A DNA stretch of 64,000 nucleotides from Vicinamibacterales bacterium (GCA_036012905.1 DASCQF010000139.1:31273-95272), one strand, 5' to 3'; shown: positions 27,208-39,655, counted from the first letter of the stretch. Notes: a model not told the origin generated them from the letters alone. Numbers and translations: made by a program.

Positions 27208-28578
27208 CTACGCGTCCTGTTCCTGTTTGATCTGATACTGCTCCAGCTTTTTGTACAAATTGCTACGCGGCGTGTCGATCACCTCGGCGGTCTTCGAGAT
27301 GTTCCAGCTGTGTTCGCGCAGCTTCTCCACCAGAAAGGCCCGCTCGGCGACTTCTTTGAACTCTCTCAGGGTGCCCGCCAGATTCGCCGCCACCTCCCCC
27401 GCACCGCCCCGTGCGTCGCTCGGCAAGACCTCACGGGCTTCGGCCGTGTCAATCGTCTCCCCCGGTGTCATCACCATCAGGCGCTCCACCGTATTCCGAA
27501 GCTCCCGCACGTTTCCTCGCCACCGCTCGCGTGTCATCAGATCAATCGCCGCCGGCGTGAACCGCTTGGGCCTGAAGTTGTTTTCCGTGCAAAAGAGATC
27601 GGTGAAGTGCGCGACAAGCCGCGAGATATCCTCACCGCGGTCACGCAACGGTGGCACCTGGATCGGAATGACGCTGAGCCGAAAATACAGATCCTCTCGA
27701 AAGGTGCCATTGTCGATGGCCTCTTCCAGGTTGCGGTTGGTTGCGGCAATCACGCGGGCATCGACTTTGATTGTCCGCGCCGACCCAAGCCGCTCGACCT
27801 CGCCCTCCTGAAGCACCCGGAGCACCTTCGCCTGGGTGCGGAGACTCATGTCGCCGACCTCGTCGAGAAAAATTGTTCCGCGGTCGGCCTGCTCGAACTT
27901 GCCAATCTGCTTCTGCGTCGCGCCGGTGAACGCGCCCCGCTCGTGCCCAAACAGCTCCGACTCGATGAGCTCCTCGGGAAGCGCGGCGCAGTTGACCTGC
28001 ACGAAGCGCTCTTTGCCACGGCGACTGTTCCGGTGAATTGCGCGGGCGACGAGCTCCTTTCCCACTCCGCTCTCACCCTGGATCAGCACCGTGCTGTTGG
28101 TCGGAGCCGCGCGACCAATCGCGTCGGCGACCTGCACGAGCGCTGGACTCTCGCCGACCATCTCGTGCCGAACCTCGGCAAGCTTACGATACGAAGTGAC
28201 CTCTGTCTTGAGCCGACGTTGCTCCAGCGCATTCCGAATGTTCAGGAGGATGTCACCGGTCTCTATCGGTTTGGTCAGACAGGAGAATGCCCCCAGCTTG
28301 GTCGCTTCGCGACCGGTCTCCATCGTGCCGTGACCGGAGATGATGACGACCTCGACAGACTCGTCGATCTCCCGAATGCGTTTCAGCACCTCCAACCCGT
28401 CCATCCCCGGCATCTTTATGTCCAGAAACACGACATCCGGGCTCTCCCGTTCGACCATGCCGAGCCCTTCCTGCCCGCTCCGAGCAAGGAGGCAGTCATG
28501 CCCGGCGTAGTCGATAGCCTGCTTCATCGTGCTCCGAATGGCCTCTTCGTCGTCAACAACCAGTACTCGCGCGTTCAT
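27208..28578 (-). CDS. sigma-54-dependent response regulator (NtrC family)
   Basis: REC domain (VLVVDDE...DVVFLDIKMPGMDG), AAA+ sigma-54 interaction domain (GESGVGKE, GAFTGA, ELFGHERGAFTGA, RFDERV-type region) and a C-terminal HTH (NISKTAEVIDTPRSNLYKKL). Confidence 0.9.
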   Translation of the reverse strand: MNARVLVVDDEEAIRSTMKQAIDYAGHDCLLARSGQEGLGMVERESPDVVFLDIKMPGMDGLEVLKRIREIDESVEVVIISGHGTMETGREATKLGAFSCLTKPIETGDILLNIRNALEQRRLKTEVTSYRKLAEVRHEMVGESPALVQVADAIGRAAPTNSTVLIQGESGVGKELVARAIHRNSRRGKERFVQVNCAALPEELIESELFGHERGAFTGATQKQIGKFEQADRGTIFLDEVGDMSLRTQAKVLRVLQEGEVERLGSARTIKVDARVIAATNRNLEEAIDNGTFREDLYFRLSVIPIQVPPLRDRGEDISRLVAHFTDLFCTENNFRPKRFTPAAIDLMTRERWRGNVRELRNTVERLMVMTPGETIDTAEAREVLPSDARGGAGEVAANLAGTLREFKEVAERAFLVEKLREHSWNISKTAEVIDTPRSNLYKKLEQYQIKQEQDA

Positions 28579-28592
28579 AAATCATGATCCAT

Positions 28593-31729
<3,137 letters not shown>

Positions 31730-31793
31730 TCGCGTTCCGGATCTCAGCACACTTACGAGCCAAGTGTCAACGTTGCAACCCTTTAGCCCGAGA

Positions 31794-32567
31794 TCAGAAC
31801 AGGGCCTCGAACGCCGCAACGGTCTGCATCTTCAGTTCTTCGGGCGCCACCCCACGGACCTGAGCCAGCATCTCCACGACATGCCCAACCCATGCTGGTT
31901 CGTTCCGCTTGCCGCGATGCGGCACCGGCGCCAAGTAAGGCGCGTCGGTTTCCACCAGCAGCCGGCTTTCCGGCACCACCGCGGCGGCCTCCCGCACCGA
32001 GACCGCTCTCTTGAATGTCACGATCCCGGAGAACGACACGTGAAAACCCAGTTCCACGGCGCGCGCAGCCATCGCGGCGTCCCCGGTGAAACAGTGAAGC
32101 ACGCCGGACACTGCCGGCGATGCGGCCTCGCCCAGGATCGCAAGCGTGTCCTCGTCGGCCTCTCGAGTATGAATGACGGTCGGTCGACCAATCTCACGGG
32201 CCACCCGAACTTGACGACGGAACACCTCCCGCTGCACCGCACGCGGAGCGAAGTCGTAGTGATAGTCGAGACCGATCTCACCAACCGCACAGGTTCCCGG
32301 ACGCGCCTCGATAGCCGCCAGGAGGACCGATTCGACCTCGTCGATCCGCTCGGCGAAGACCCCCGCCTGATGCGGATGTACACCGACCGCGAACCGCACC
32401 GACGGCCACAAAGCCGCTATCTGGACGGCGCGCGTCGTCTCGCTGTCCTTGGTGGCGTCGAGCACGCACAGCGCCCTGTCCACTCCCGAGTCCCTGGCGC
32501 GTGTGATGACCGCCTCGAGGTCATCGTGAAATGCCTCGTCCGCGAGATGACAGTGGGAGTCGATCAT
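31794..32567 (-). CDS. tatD: TatD-family metal-dependent hydrolase
   Basis: MIDSHCHL..., GEIGLDYHYD, VIHTREADEDT, VLHCFTG, LLVETDAPYL. Confidence 0.9.
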   Translation of the reverse strand: MIDSHCHLADEAFHDDLEAVITRARDSGVDRALCVLDATKDSETTRAVQIAALWPSVRFAVGVHPHQAGVFAERIDEVESVLLAAIEARPGTCAVGEIGLDYHYDFAPRAVQREVFRRQVRVAREIGRPTVIHTREADEDTLAILGEAASPAVSGVLHCFTGDAAMAARAVELGFHVSFSGIVTFKRAVSVREAAAVVPESRLLVETDAPYLAPVPHRGKRNEPAWVGHVVEMLAQVRGVAPEELKMQTVAAFEALF

Positions 32568-32618
32568 TGCTCTGACGGGGCTTCGCTCCGAACTCCACCC
32601 GGCCCCGAAGGCGCCGGT

Positions 32619-34646
32619 CTACCGGACGCGCGACCCAGGTGGCGCGGCTGCCGGGTCGTCCAACGTCAAAAGGACAGGGTTCCCCTCAGGGTCGGTGGCA
32701 GCCAGCATCATGCCGTCCGACTCGACCCCCATCAGCTTCGCCTTTTCGAGATTCGCCACGACAACCACCGAGCGCCCGATCAGTGTGTCGGGCGCGTAGG
32801 ATCGCGCGATGCCTGCCACGAGCGTGCGCTCCTCGGTTCCGACATCAACCGTCACCTTCAGCAGCTTCTTGGATTTCGGAATCGCCTCGGCTGCCACTAC
32901 TTTCGCCACCCGTAGGTGAAGCTTCATGAAGTCGTCGAACGACAAGCGTGGAGCCTCGGCTTCGGCTACCGCCTGGGCCGGCGGTGCCGGCGCCGTGTCC
33001 GTCACAGCAGCCTCCCCATCGCCACCTTCTTGCGGCGGCTGCACCACCGGCTCCGTCTCGTTCGTCATCTTGCTATTCGCTCCTTTCGATGCACCCACAC
33101 CTCCGGGCGCGGCTGCGACCACATGCGAGGCCGCGTGCTCGAGACGCGGCCAGATCGGCGAACCCTTGAGGATTTGCCGCCCCACGCTTGACCAGGCGGT
33201 ATCCCGATCGAGCTGAAGGTCGTCGACCGAATCGGCCTGGCCCATCCGTCGCAGAATCTCGGTGCAGGAGGCAGGCATCGCGGGCCACAACAGGATCGCC
33301 GCGATCCGCACCGCCTCGCTCATCTCGAGCAACGCCTGATCCAGCTCCGCACGACGGTCCGGCGTCTTGGCCAGGACCCACGGCTCGGACCGCGTGATGA
33401 ACTCGTTGGTGGCGTCGATCAAGTCGAACGCCACCGCCATACCGGTGTGCAGCTGGTGCTCGTCCATCGCCGCTCGGTATCGACCCACCAGCTCCGCCGC
33501 CCGGTCCGCCAGCACCGGGGTCGCAGGCGCCACCGATGTCAGGCGCCCCCCGCGATACTTGTGGGCCATCGCGGCGACACGATTCACCAGATTTCCCAAG
33601 TTGTTCGCCAGGTCGGCGTTGTAGTGCGCTTCGAAGCGCTCCCAAGTGAAATCTCCGTCCTGGCCGTAGGCGATTTCCTTGACCAGATACAACCGGAGCG
33701 GGTCGGGACCGAGACGGTCGGCGGCATCGAGTGGGTCCACGCTCGTGCCGAGCGACTTGCTCATCCGCTGCCCCTGCCAATTGACCCACCCATGCCCAAA
33801 CACGCGCCCAGGCAAGGCGAGCCCGGCGCTCATGAGCATCGCCGGCCACACAACCGCATGGAACCGCGTGATGTCCTTGCCCACCACATGCAAGTCGACC
33901 GGCCACCACCTGTTGAAACGCTCGTCGTCGGTGCCATAGCCGATAGCCGCGATGTAGTTGATGAGGGCATCGAACCACACATACACCACGCTCGACGGGT
34001 CAAAGGGCAGCGGGATTCCCCAACTCTGACCGGTCCGGCTCACCGAGATGTCCTCGAGGCCCCGTTCCAGTAGACGCAGCATCTCGTTGCGCCGCACGTC
34101 GGGCTGCAGAAACGTCGGGTGGGCTTCGTAGTGCTGGAGCAACCGGTCGCGATACCGCGACAAACGGAAGAAATGATTCTTCTCCTTGATCCAATCCGGC
34201 GTGGTGTGGTGAATCGGACAGTTGCCGTCGACCAGGTCCTTGTCCTGCTTGAATGCCTCGCATGACACGCAGTACCAGCCTTCGTACTCCCCTTCGTACA
34301 GGTCGCCGGCATCGGCGATCCGCTGCACGAGCGTAGTCACTGCCACCCGATGCCGCTCCTCCGTCGTGCGGATGAAGTCGTCGAACGACACATCCAGCTT
34401 GGCCCAGACTTCGCGAAACACCTGCTCCATCTGGTCGCAGAACACGCGCGGCTCGAGCCCCAGCTCCATGGCCCGCTGGTAGACGTTCTGCGAGTGCTCG
34501 TCGTTGCCCATCAGAAAGTGAGTCGACAATCCGCACAGGCGGCGGTACCGCGCAATGACATCTGCGGTCACTTTCTCATAGGCGGTACCCAGGTGGGGCC
34601 GGCTGTTGACGTAATCGATCGCCGTGGTCAGATAGAAACGTGGCAT
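32619..34646 (-). CDS. metG: methionine--tRNA ligase with C-terminal tRNA-binding (EMAP-like) domain
   Basis: The ATG at 34646 gives MPRFYLTTAIDYVNSRPHLGTAYE (HIGH-type region). KMSKS is present. The C-terminus FDDFMKLHLRVAKVVAAEAIPKSKKLLKVTVDVG is the Trbp111/EMAP fold. The track ORF start at 34754 overlaps larC. Confidence 0.95.
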   Translation of the reverse strand: MPRFYLTTAIDYVNSRPHLGTAYEKVTADVIARYRRLCGLSTHFLMGNDEHSQNVYQRAMELGLEPRVFCDQMEQVFREVWAKLDVSFDDFIRTTEERHRVAVTTLVQRIADAGDLYEGEYEGWYCVSCEAFKQDKDLVDGNCPIHHTTPDWIKEKNHFFRLSRYRDRLLQHYEAHPTFLQPDVRRNEMLRLLERGLEDISVSRTGQSWGIPLPFDPSSVVYVWFDALINYIAAIGYGTDDERFNRWWPVDLHVVGKDITRFHAVVWPAMLMSAGLALPGRVFGHGWVNWQGQRMSKSLGTSVDPLDAADRLGPDPLRLYLVKEIAYGQDGDFTWERFEAHYNADLANNLGNLVNRVAAMAHKYRGGRLTSVAPATPVLADRAAELVGRYRAAMDEHQLHTGMAVAFDLIDATNEFITRSEPWVLAKTPDRRAELDQALLEMSEAVRIAAILLWPAMPASCTEILRRMGQADSVDDLQLDRDTAWSSVGRQILKGSPIWPRLEHAASHVVAAAPGGVGASKGANSKMTNETEPVVQPPQEGGDGEAAVTDTAPAPPAQAVAEAEAPRLSFDDFMKLHLRVAKVVAAEAIPKSKKLLKVTVDVGTEERTLVAGIARSYAPDTLIGRSVVVVANLEKAKLMGVESDGMMLAATDPEGNPVLLTLDDPAAAPPGSRVR

Positions 34647-34648
34647 GC

Positions 34649-35860
34649 CTAGACGGGGCTGCGCCCCGTGCCCCCGATATCCTGATACGCCTTGGCCGCG
34701 TCCGCGTGAACCTCCTTCACCGGCACACCGTGTTGTTCGGCCAGCCGCGCGCAATCGTCGAACTCCGGTGCCACGTTGACCACCACCGCTTCACGCCAGG
34801 CCACCTTGCACCGCACCTCGCCGAAGCGGGTCGACACCGGCACCAGCTCGCGCCGCAATGTCTCTCGGGTGACATCCATGTGCCGCACGCCGATGGTCGT
34901 CGACTCGCGAAACAGGGTCGCGCTGACCGCCTCACGTCGTTCCCGCGGGACCAGCACGGTGACGTGCGTGCCAGGCCGGTTCTTCTTCATCTGCACCGGG
35001 GTGTAGAACACGTCGACGGCGCCGGCGGCATACAGCCGATCCATCAGCACGCCGAATATCTGCGGGTTCATGTCGTCGATCTCGCACTCGACGACTGCCA
35101 GCCGTTCCACGCCGCCAGTGCCTGTCGCCTCCCCGGCCAGGACCCGCAGCACGTTCGGGTGCCCCGCGGGATCGCGAGTGCCGGCGCCATACCCAATCTT
35201 CTCGATCCGCATCGGCGGCAGCGGGCCGTATTCGCCGGCAAACTCCGTCACGAGCAACGCCCCGGTTGGTGTCAGCATCTCTCCCGGTGGCCCCGCGGCA
35301 TACACCGGCACGCCAGAGACCAACGACGCGGTTGCGGGCGCCGGCACAGGTAGCGTGCCGTGTTCGCACGTGACCGTCCCGCTGCCCACGTTGATCGGCG
35401 AGGCCACGACCCTATCGGCGCCGAACCACTCCAGGGCGAATACCCCCCCGACGATGTCAATGATCGAGTCGAGCGCACCCACTTCGTGCAGGTGCACCTT
35501 CTCGACCGGCATCTGGTGAATCGTCGCTTCGGTTTCCGCAAGTCGCCGGAATAAGCGATTCGCCCGCTGTTTCGACGAGTCCGACAGTGCCGACTGGTCC
35601 ACCAGCTTCGTGATGCCCGGGAGGTGACGGTGCCGGTGAGTGCCGCCCACCTCGCCGGTCGTCTCGGTGACCGTGAACTTCGTCGCCCCGATGCCCGACC
35701 GACTGACTCGCTCCGCCGACACCCTGCACTCGTCTTCGAGGGCAAGACTGCCCAGCGCCGCGCGCAACGTATCGAACGGCAGCCCGGCATCGAGCAGCGC
35801 GCCGATCAGCATGTCGCCCGACGCGCCCGAGTAACAGTCTAAATACAGAATTCGACCCAT
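34649..35860 (-). CDS. larC: LarC-family nickel-insertion protein (DUF111)
   Basis: MGRILYLDCYSGASGDMLIGALLDAG... and HLHEVGALDSIIDIVG are the characteristic LarC/DUF111 motifs. Its stop is 2 nt from the metG start. Confidence 0.85.
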   Translation of the reverse strand: MGRILYLDCYSGASGDMLIGALLDAGLPFDTLRAALGSLALEDECRVSAERVSRSGIGATKFTVTETTGEVGGTHRHRHLPGITKLVDQSALSDSSKQRANRLFRRLAETEATIHQMPVEKVHLHEVGALDSIIDIVGGVFALEWFGADRVVASPINVGSGTVTCEHGTLPVPAPATASLVSGVPVYAAGPPGEMLTPTGALLVTEFAGEYGPLPPMRIEKIGYGAGTRDPAGHPNVLRVLAGEATGTGGVERLAVVECEIDDMNPQIFGVLMDRLYAAGAVDVFYTPVQMKKNRPGTHVTVLVPRERREAVSATLFRESTTIGVRHMDVTRETLRRELVPVSTRFGEVRCKVAWREAVVVNVAPEFDDCARLAEQHGVPVKEVHADAAKAYQDIGGTGRSPV

Positions 35861-35876
35861 TGTGTCCTGGTCGCCC

Positions 35877-36545
35877 CTAGAGTCTCCCCATCTCCTTGAA
35901 GCTACAGTATCTCGCGTCTGCCAGCACCAGATGGTCTATCACTTCGATACCCATCAGCTGGCCTGCCTCGACCAACCGCGCCGTCAGCGCGACATCTTCA
36001 CCGCTCGGCGTCGGGTCGCCGGACGGATGATTATGAAACAGCACAATCGCCGCCGCCCCACCGCCGGCCGCTTCGCGAAACACTTCACGCGGGTGGACTA
36101 GGCTGGCGTCGAGCGTCCCAATCGACAGCAACGCCGTCCTCAACACCCGGTGCTTTGTGTCCAGCAGCACGATACCGAACTGCTCGACCCGGCGGGCGCC
36201 GTAGCTCGGCAGCAGATACGACGCCACGTCGCGTGGGGACCCCAGCTGAACGCGACGGTCCGGCTCACGCACCAGCGTCCGACGGCCCAGCTCGACCGCC
36301 GCCAGGATCTGCGACGCCTTGGCGGCGCCGACTCCCTTGAGACGACGCAGATCAGCTTGAGACTGCCTGGTCAGCCCGTGCACGCCGCGCACGACCTCCA
36401 GCACCCGGTTAGCGACCTCGATCGCACTCGTGGAGCGAAACCCGTGACCGAGTATCAGGGCCAGCAGCTCGTTGTCGCCCAGACCTGACGGCCCGAGACG
36501 CTCTAACTTTTCGCGGGGTCGGTCGTGAGGAGCGAGTGACTTCAT
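35877..36545 (-). CDS. radC: RadC-family JAB-domain protein
   Basis: PREKLERLGPSGLGDNELLALILGHG N-terminus and the JAMM-like HNHPSGDPTPSGED motif. Confidence 0.9.
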   Translation of the reverse strand: MKSLAPHDRPREKLERLGPSGLGDNELLALILGHGFRSTSAIEVANRVLEVVRGVHGLTRQSQADLRRLKGVGAAKASQILAAVELGRRTLVREPDRRVQLGSPRDVASYLLPSYGARRVEQFGIVLLDTKHRVLRTALLSIGTLDASLVHPREVFREAAGGGAAAIVLFHNHPSGDPTPSGEDVALTARLVEAGQLMGIEVIDHLVLADARYCSFKEMGRL

Positions 36546-36819
36546 CGTACCATACGGGTGCCGGGGTGCGGCCCACCTCGGCCGTGGCGAGCGCTCAAAC
36601 CGCCTCCACGGCCTCAGGCTTTGGGCGCTCCGTCAGGCTGGGAACGCTCTGCCAGCCTGCTTCCTCCCAGCTCTTTGCAAGAACCGGACACAGCCGAGAA
36701 CTCCGACGGGCGGTACCGAACACTGTCTGGTACGAAGAACCTGCACTTTCCGGAGGCCTAGCAGTTTGAAAAAGCTGCAGGGTGGACGGTCGAAGACTGG
36801 GAACGAATGGAGTCGCTCG

Positions 36820-37608
36820 CTACCCGTGCCAGCGTCCGGTCAAGACGACCTCGGCCCAACCAGTCAGCCGCATGCCTGCCTCGGTCCAGGTCACGTGCTG
36901 CGTGCCACCGGGTGACACCACGTCGACGTCACGGGAGGCCCCTCCAAAGGCGGCGGCCGCCACCGCGCTTGCACACGCACCGGTACCCGACGCAGCCGTC
37001 GGGCCAACACCGCGCTCCCAGATCAGGATCCTGATCCGCGAGGACGACTCCACCTCGACCAGTTCGACGTTCGACCCGGACGGGAACACGGGGTGCGTCG
37101 CCAAGACCGGACCCAACCGATGCAACCGCGCCTCGTCCACCGGCCCCTGGAGCACGATGCACTGCGGGTTGCCCACCGACAACTCTGCGACCTCTACGGT
37201 TTCTCCGGCCGCCTCGAGCGCTCGTTGACGGAGACCCGTCGGCTGTCCCATCATCGCCTCGAACGTCAGCCGGTCACCGGCCGACTCCACCAACGTCAAC
37301 GGAATCTCCCCGGCATCGGTTTCGATGACCACCTCGGTGACGCTCGGTCTGGCCCGTGTCACGATGGCCGCCAGACAGCGGACCGCGTTCCCAGATACCT
37401 CGGCCACCCCGCCGTCGGCATTGAAGAGCGACATCGTAGCCCCTGCCTCGTGCAGCGCGTACAGCACCAGCCCGTCGGCACCCACACCGGTGTGCCGGTC
37501 ACACACACGCTGCGCCAGCGTCGCGCGCTCCGCCTCCACCGTCTGGTCGATTGGGGCGAACAGAAAATCATTTCCGTAGGCGTGAGCCTTGATCAGATCG
37601 ATTGGCAT
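36820..37608 (-). CDS. dapF: diaminopimelate epimerase
   Basis: KAHAYGNDFLF N-terminus, SLFNADGGVAEVSGNAVRC (first catalytic Cys) and GTGACASAVAA (second catalytic Cys). Confidence 0.9.
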   Translation of the reverse strand: MPIDLIKAHAYGNDFLFAPIDQTVEAERATLAQRVCDRHTGVGADGLVLYALHEAGATMSLFNADGGVAEVSGNAVRCLAAIVTRARPSVTEVVIETDAGEIPLTLVESAGDRLTFEAMMGQPTGLRQRALEAAGETVEVAELSVGNPQCIVLQGPVDEARLHRLGPVLATHPVFPSGSNVELVEVESSSRIRILIWERGVGPTAASGTGACASAVAAAAFGGASRDVDVVSPGGTQHVTWTEAGMRLTGWAEVVLTGRWHG

Positions 37609-37624
37609 GAGTGCTCGGCCAAAT

Positions 37625-37680
37625 TTCAGAAGTCAGAAGTCAGGAGGTAGAAGTCAGAAGGAAGCCGGTGGGCTGCCGCC
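37625..37680 (-). repeat. heptamer-tract element, copy 2a (inverted orientation)
   Basis: The plus strand reads TCAGAA GTCAGAA GTCAGGA GGTAGAA GTCAGAA GGAAGCC...GGCTGCCGCC. Its reverse complement aligns with copy 1 (AGAAGTCAGAAGTCAGGAGG[C/T]AGAAGTCAGAAG). It lies 17-72 nt upstream of the dapF start codon. Confidence 0.85.
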
Positions 37681-37734
37681 AGCCTCTGTTCAGCAGTTGC
37701 GTTCGGAATAGACTGTCGCGTCAGTGTTGGAGCC

Positions 37735-37785
37735 GGCGAAGCCCTCCAGTGATCTTCTGACTCCTGACTTCTACCTTCTGGCTCC
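37735..37785 (+). repeat. heptamer-tract element, copy 2b
   Basis: GGCGAAGCC (37735-37743), an 11-nt spacer, then TTCTGAC TCCTGAC TTCTACC TTCTGGC. It abuts the stop codon (37786-37788) of the minus-strand OM-barrel gene, the same position and orientation relative to a stop codon as copy 1. Confidence 0.85.
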
Positions 37786-38640
37786 TCACGGACTCAACGG
37801 ACTCTCGAACACCCAGGTCAGGCCACCCGTGACCCCCACCCTAGGGTCCCGCGACGTGAACCCGGTGAACAGGCCACCGTCGAATCGTACGGTCCCGCGC
37901 GTATAGCGCAACCCAAAAGTCATCGTGGCGCGGGTCTCGGTTCCCGGAGGCGGCGCGCCGCGGCGCGTGCTCGCGCGGCCGTTGATCTCCCCGACGATCT
38001 CCGCTCCCGGGGCAAACGCTCGCGCCAGTGAAAAGCCATAGGTCAAGACGTCGTTTTGCCGGTCGCCGCGCGTCGGATCCGAGAGAATGCCGAGCCCGAC
38101 GTTGCCGACCACGCGAACCGACTCGATCGTCTTGCCGACGAGTAGGGACTGAAAGAAATCGATCGTGTCGAGCCCGAGGCCGCTTTCGTTGCTGGCATTG
38201 GGCAGCCGCGTCGCGAACCGCAGGGCGATCGCGGGCATACGCGCCCCCTCCCCGACAATCTTCACCTTGGCCCCGACAACAATGTCAGCGAAGCTGCTGC
38301 TGGTGTCTCCGGTGACGTCGAGCATGCTCGATAGTGGAGCATCGAATCGATCCGAGATATTCAATCGGCTGAACGAAATGCCGTCGATCTGAATTTCGGC
38401 ATTCGGGCCCATCCCGAAGCTGAGCCCGAGTTGAGGTCCGCGCAGCAGGTTCCCCTCGAGGCCGGAGACCGTAAAGGTCTCGTCCCAGGCCCGATCGATG
38501 CCCGCTTCAAGCAGTATCAGTCCGTCGCCGATCGCTTCCGGGTCCTCGGTCAGCAATGGCCGCTGCTGGGCGGCGACCAGACCGGCTATCAGCCAGATCC
38601 CGAGTACCCAACATCCCACCCTGATCACACGTCGCGTCAT
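37786..38640 (-). CDS. outer-membrane beta-barrel protein (MetA/transporter-like)
   Basis: Signal peptide MTRRVIRVGCWVLGIWLIAGLVAAQ. Alternating beta-strand pattern throughout. Beta-signal-like GGLTWVF is followed by a 6-aa tail, ESPLSP. Confidence 0.65.
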   Translation of the reverse strand: MTRRVIRVGCWVLGIWLIAGLVAAQQRPLLTEDPEAIGDGLILLEAGIDRAWDETFTVSGLEGNLLRGPQLGLSFGMGPNAEIQIDGISFSRLNISDRFDAPLSSMLDVTGDTSSSFADIVVGAKVKIVGEGARMPAIALRFATRLPNASNESGLGLDTIDFFQSLLVGKTIESVRVVGNVGLGILSDPTRGDRQNDVLTYGFSLARAFAPGAEIVGEINGRASTRRGAPPPGTETRATMTFGLRYTRGTVRFDGGLFTGFTSRDPRVGVTGGLTWVFESPLSP

Positions 38641-39209
38641 CGTCTACTCCCAGCAGCCTGACTCCCGCCACGGACCGCAGCATCCCACCGTATGTAGCTA
38701 ATCGCCGCCGTGTCGTAGGCGGCGTGCGCCACGATCGGGGCCAGCAGTCCACCGGCCACGTGCGCCAACCAGCCCAGCGCGACACCGATGACCGCGACCC
38801 ACACCCCGAAGACGAGTGAGCTCCGGCCGCCGACGTGCGCCAACCCGAACAACACACTCGCCACGACCAGCCCGAACTCGGCCTGCACCGCGCCCCGAAA
38901 CAGCAGCTCCTCCCCCACCCCAGCGGCAACGCTGACGCCGACGATCTCGAGTGGCCTCGCCGCGGCAAACAGCGGCCGCAACGTCTCCCGATAGAGACGA
39001 CGGATCGACCGCACCGGCTGGATCGGCGGAGCGAGGCGCAACACGCCGTAGTTGAGGAACGCCAGCGCGGCCGCGGCACCGAATCCCAGCCACAGCCCCG
39101 TCACCGGCTCCCCGGCCACCACGGCGAGCCCGCGCAGACGGATCCACAACACAGCCACGACAGTGAGAAGGCCCTCGCCAACGAGCGCGACCACGAAGAG
39201 ACGCGTCAA
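38637..39209 (-). CDS. CPBP-family intramembrane glutamic endopeptidase (CAAX protease-like)
   Basis: TTG start overlapping the dtd stop. Motifs GVGEELLFRG, FGLAHV and HAAYD. There are 4-nt overlaps with both neighbours. Confidence 0.8.
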   Translation of the reverse strand: MTRLFVVALVGEGLLTVVAVLWIRLRGLAVVAGEPVTGLWLGFGAAAALAFLNYGVLRLAPPIQPVRSIRRLYRETLRPLFAAARPLEIVGVSVAAGVGEELLFRGAVQAEFGLVVASVLFGLAHVGGRSSLVFGVWVAVIGVALGWLAHVAGGLLAPIVAHAAYDTAAISYIRWDAAVRGGSQAAGSRR

Positions 39210-39655
39210 AACGCTTTGCCACTATCAAGCAGCATGGTCACCGGACCGTCGTTGACGCACTCGACCGCCATGTGCGCTTGAAATGTCCCCGTCTGCACCG
39301 GCACGTCTTGCCCCCGCAGCGCATCGGCCAACGTCTCATACAGGACTCTGGCCTCGACTGGCGGTGCGGCGCGGTCAAAGGACGAGCGCCGCCCCCGGCG
39401 ACAATCACCATAGAGGGTGAACTGCGAGACTAAAAGCACCGCTCCGTCGACCTCGTGCACCGTCCGATTGAACCGATCCTCTGCATCTCGAAAGACGCGC
39501 AACCCAACGATTTTGTTCGCCAAATACGCCGAATCGCTCGCCTCATCGGTCCGCGCGATACCGACATATACCAACAACCCGTGCTCGATTGTGGCCACGA
39601 GCCGGTCACCGACCGAGACCCGGGCCGAGGATACACGCTGCACGACGGCTCGCAT
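39206..39655 (-). CDS. dtd: D-aminoacyl-tRNA deacylase
   Basis: MRAVVQRVSSARVSV...GLLVYVGI...SQFTLYGD...GRRPSF-type motifs; 149 aa. Confidence 0.9.
   Translation of the reverse strand: MRAVVQRVSSARVSVGDRLVATIEHGLLVYVGIARTDEASDSAYLANKIVGLRVFRDAEDRFNRTVHEVDGAVLLVSQFTLYGDCRRGRRSSFDRAAPPVEARVLYETLADALRGQDVPVQTGTFQAHMAVECVNDGPVTMLLDSGKAF

Noticed and set aside
36628-36672. The minus strand reads GGGAGGAAGCAGGCUGGCAGAGCG, which resembles the SRP (4.5S) RNA domain IV 3' strand GGAAGGAAGCAGCCAAGGCAGA.
   Set aside because: The conserved 5' partner (CAGGUCCGGAA tetraloop context) is absent. The segment instead forms a local hairpin with the adjacent CCAGCCUG, which is incompatible with SRP helix 8 topology.
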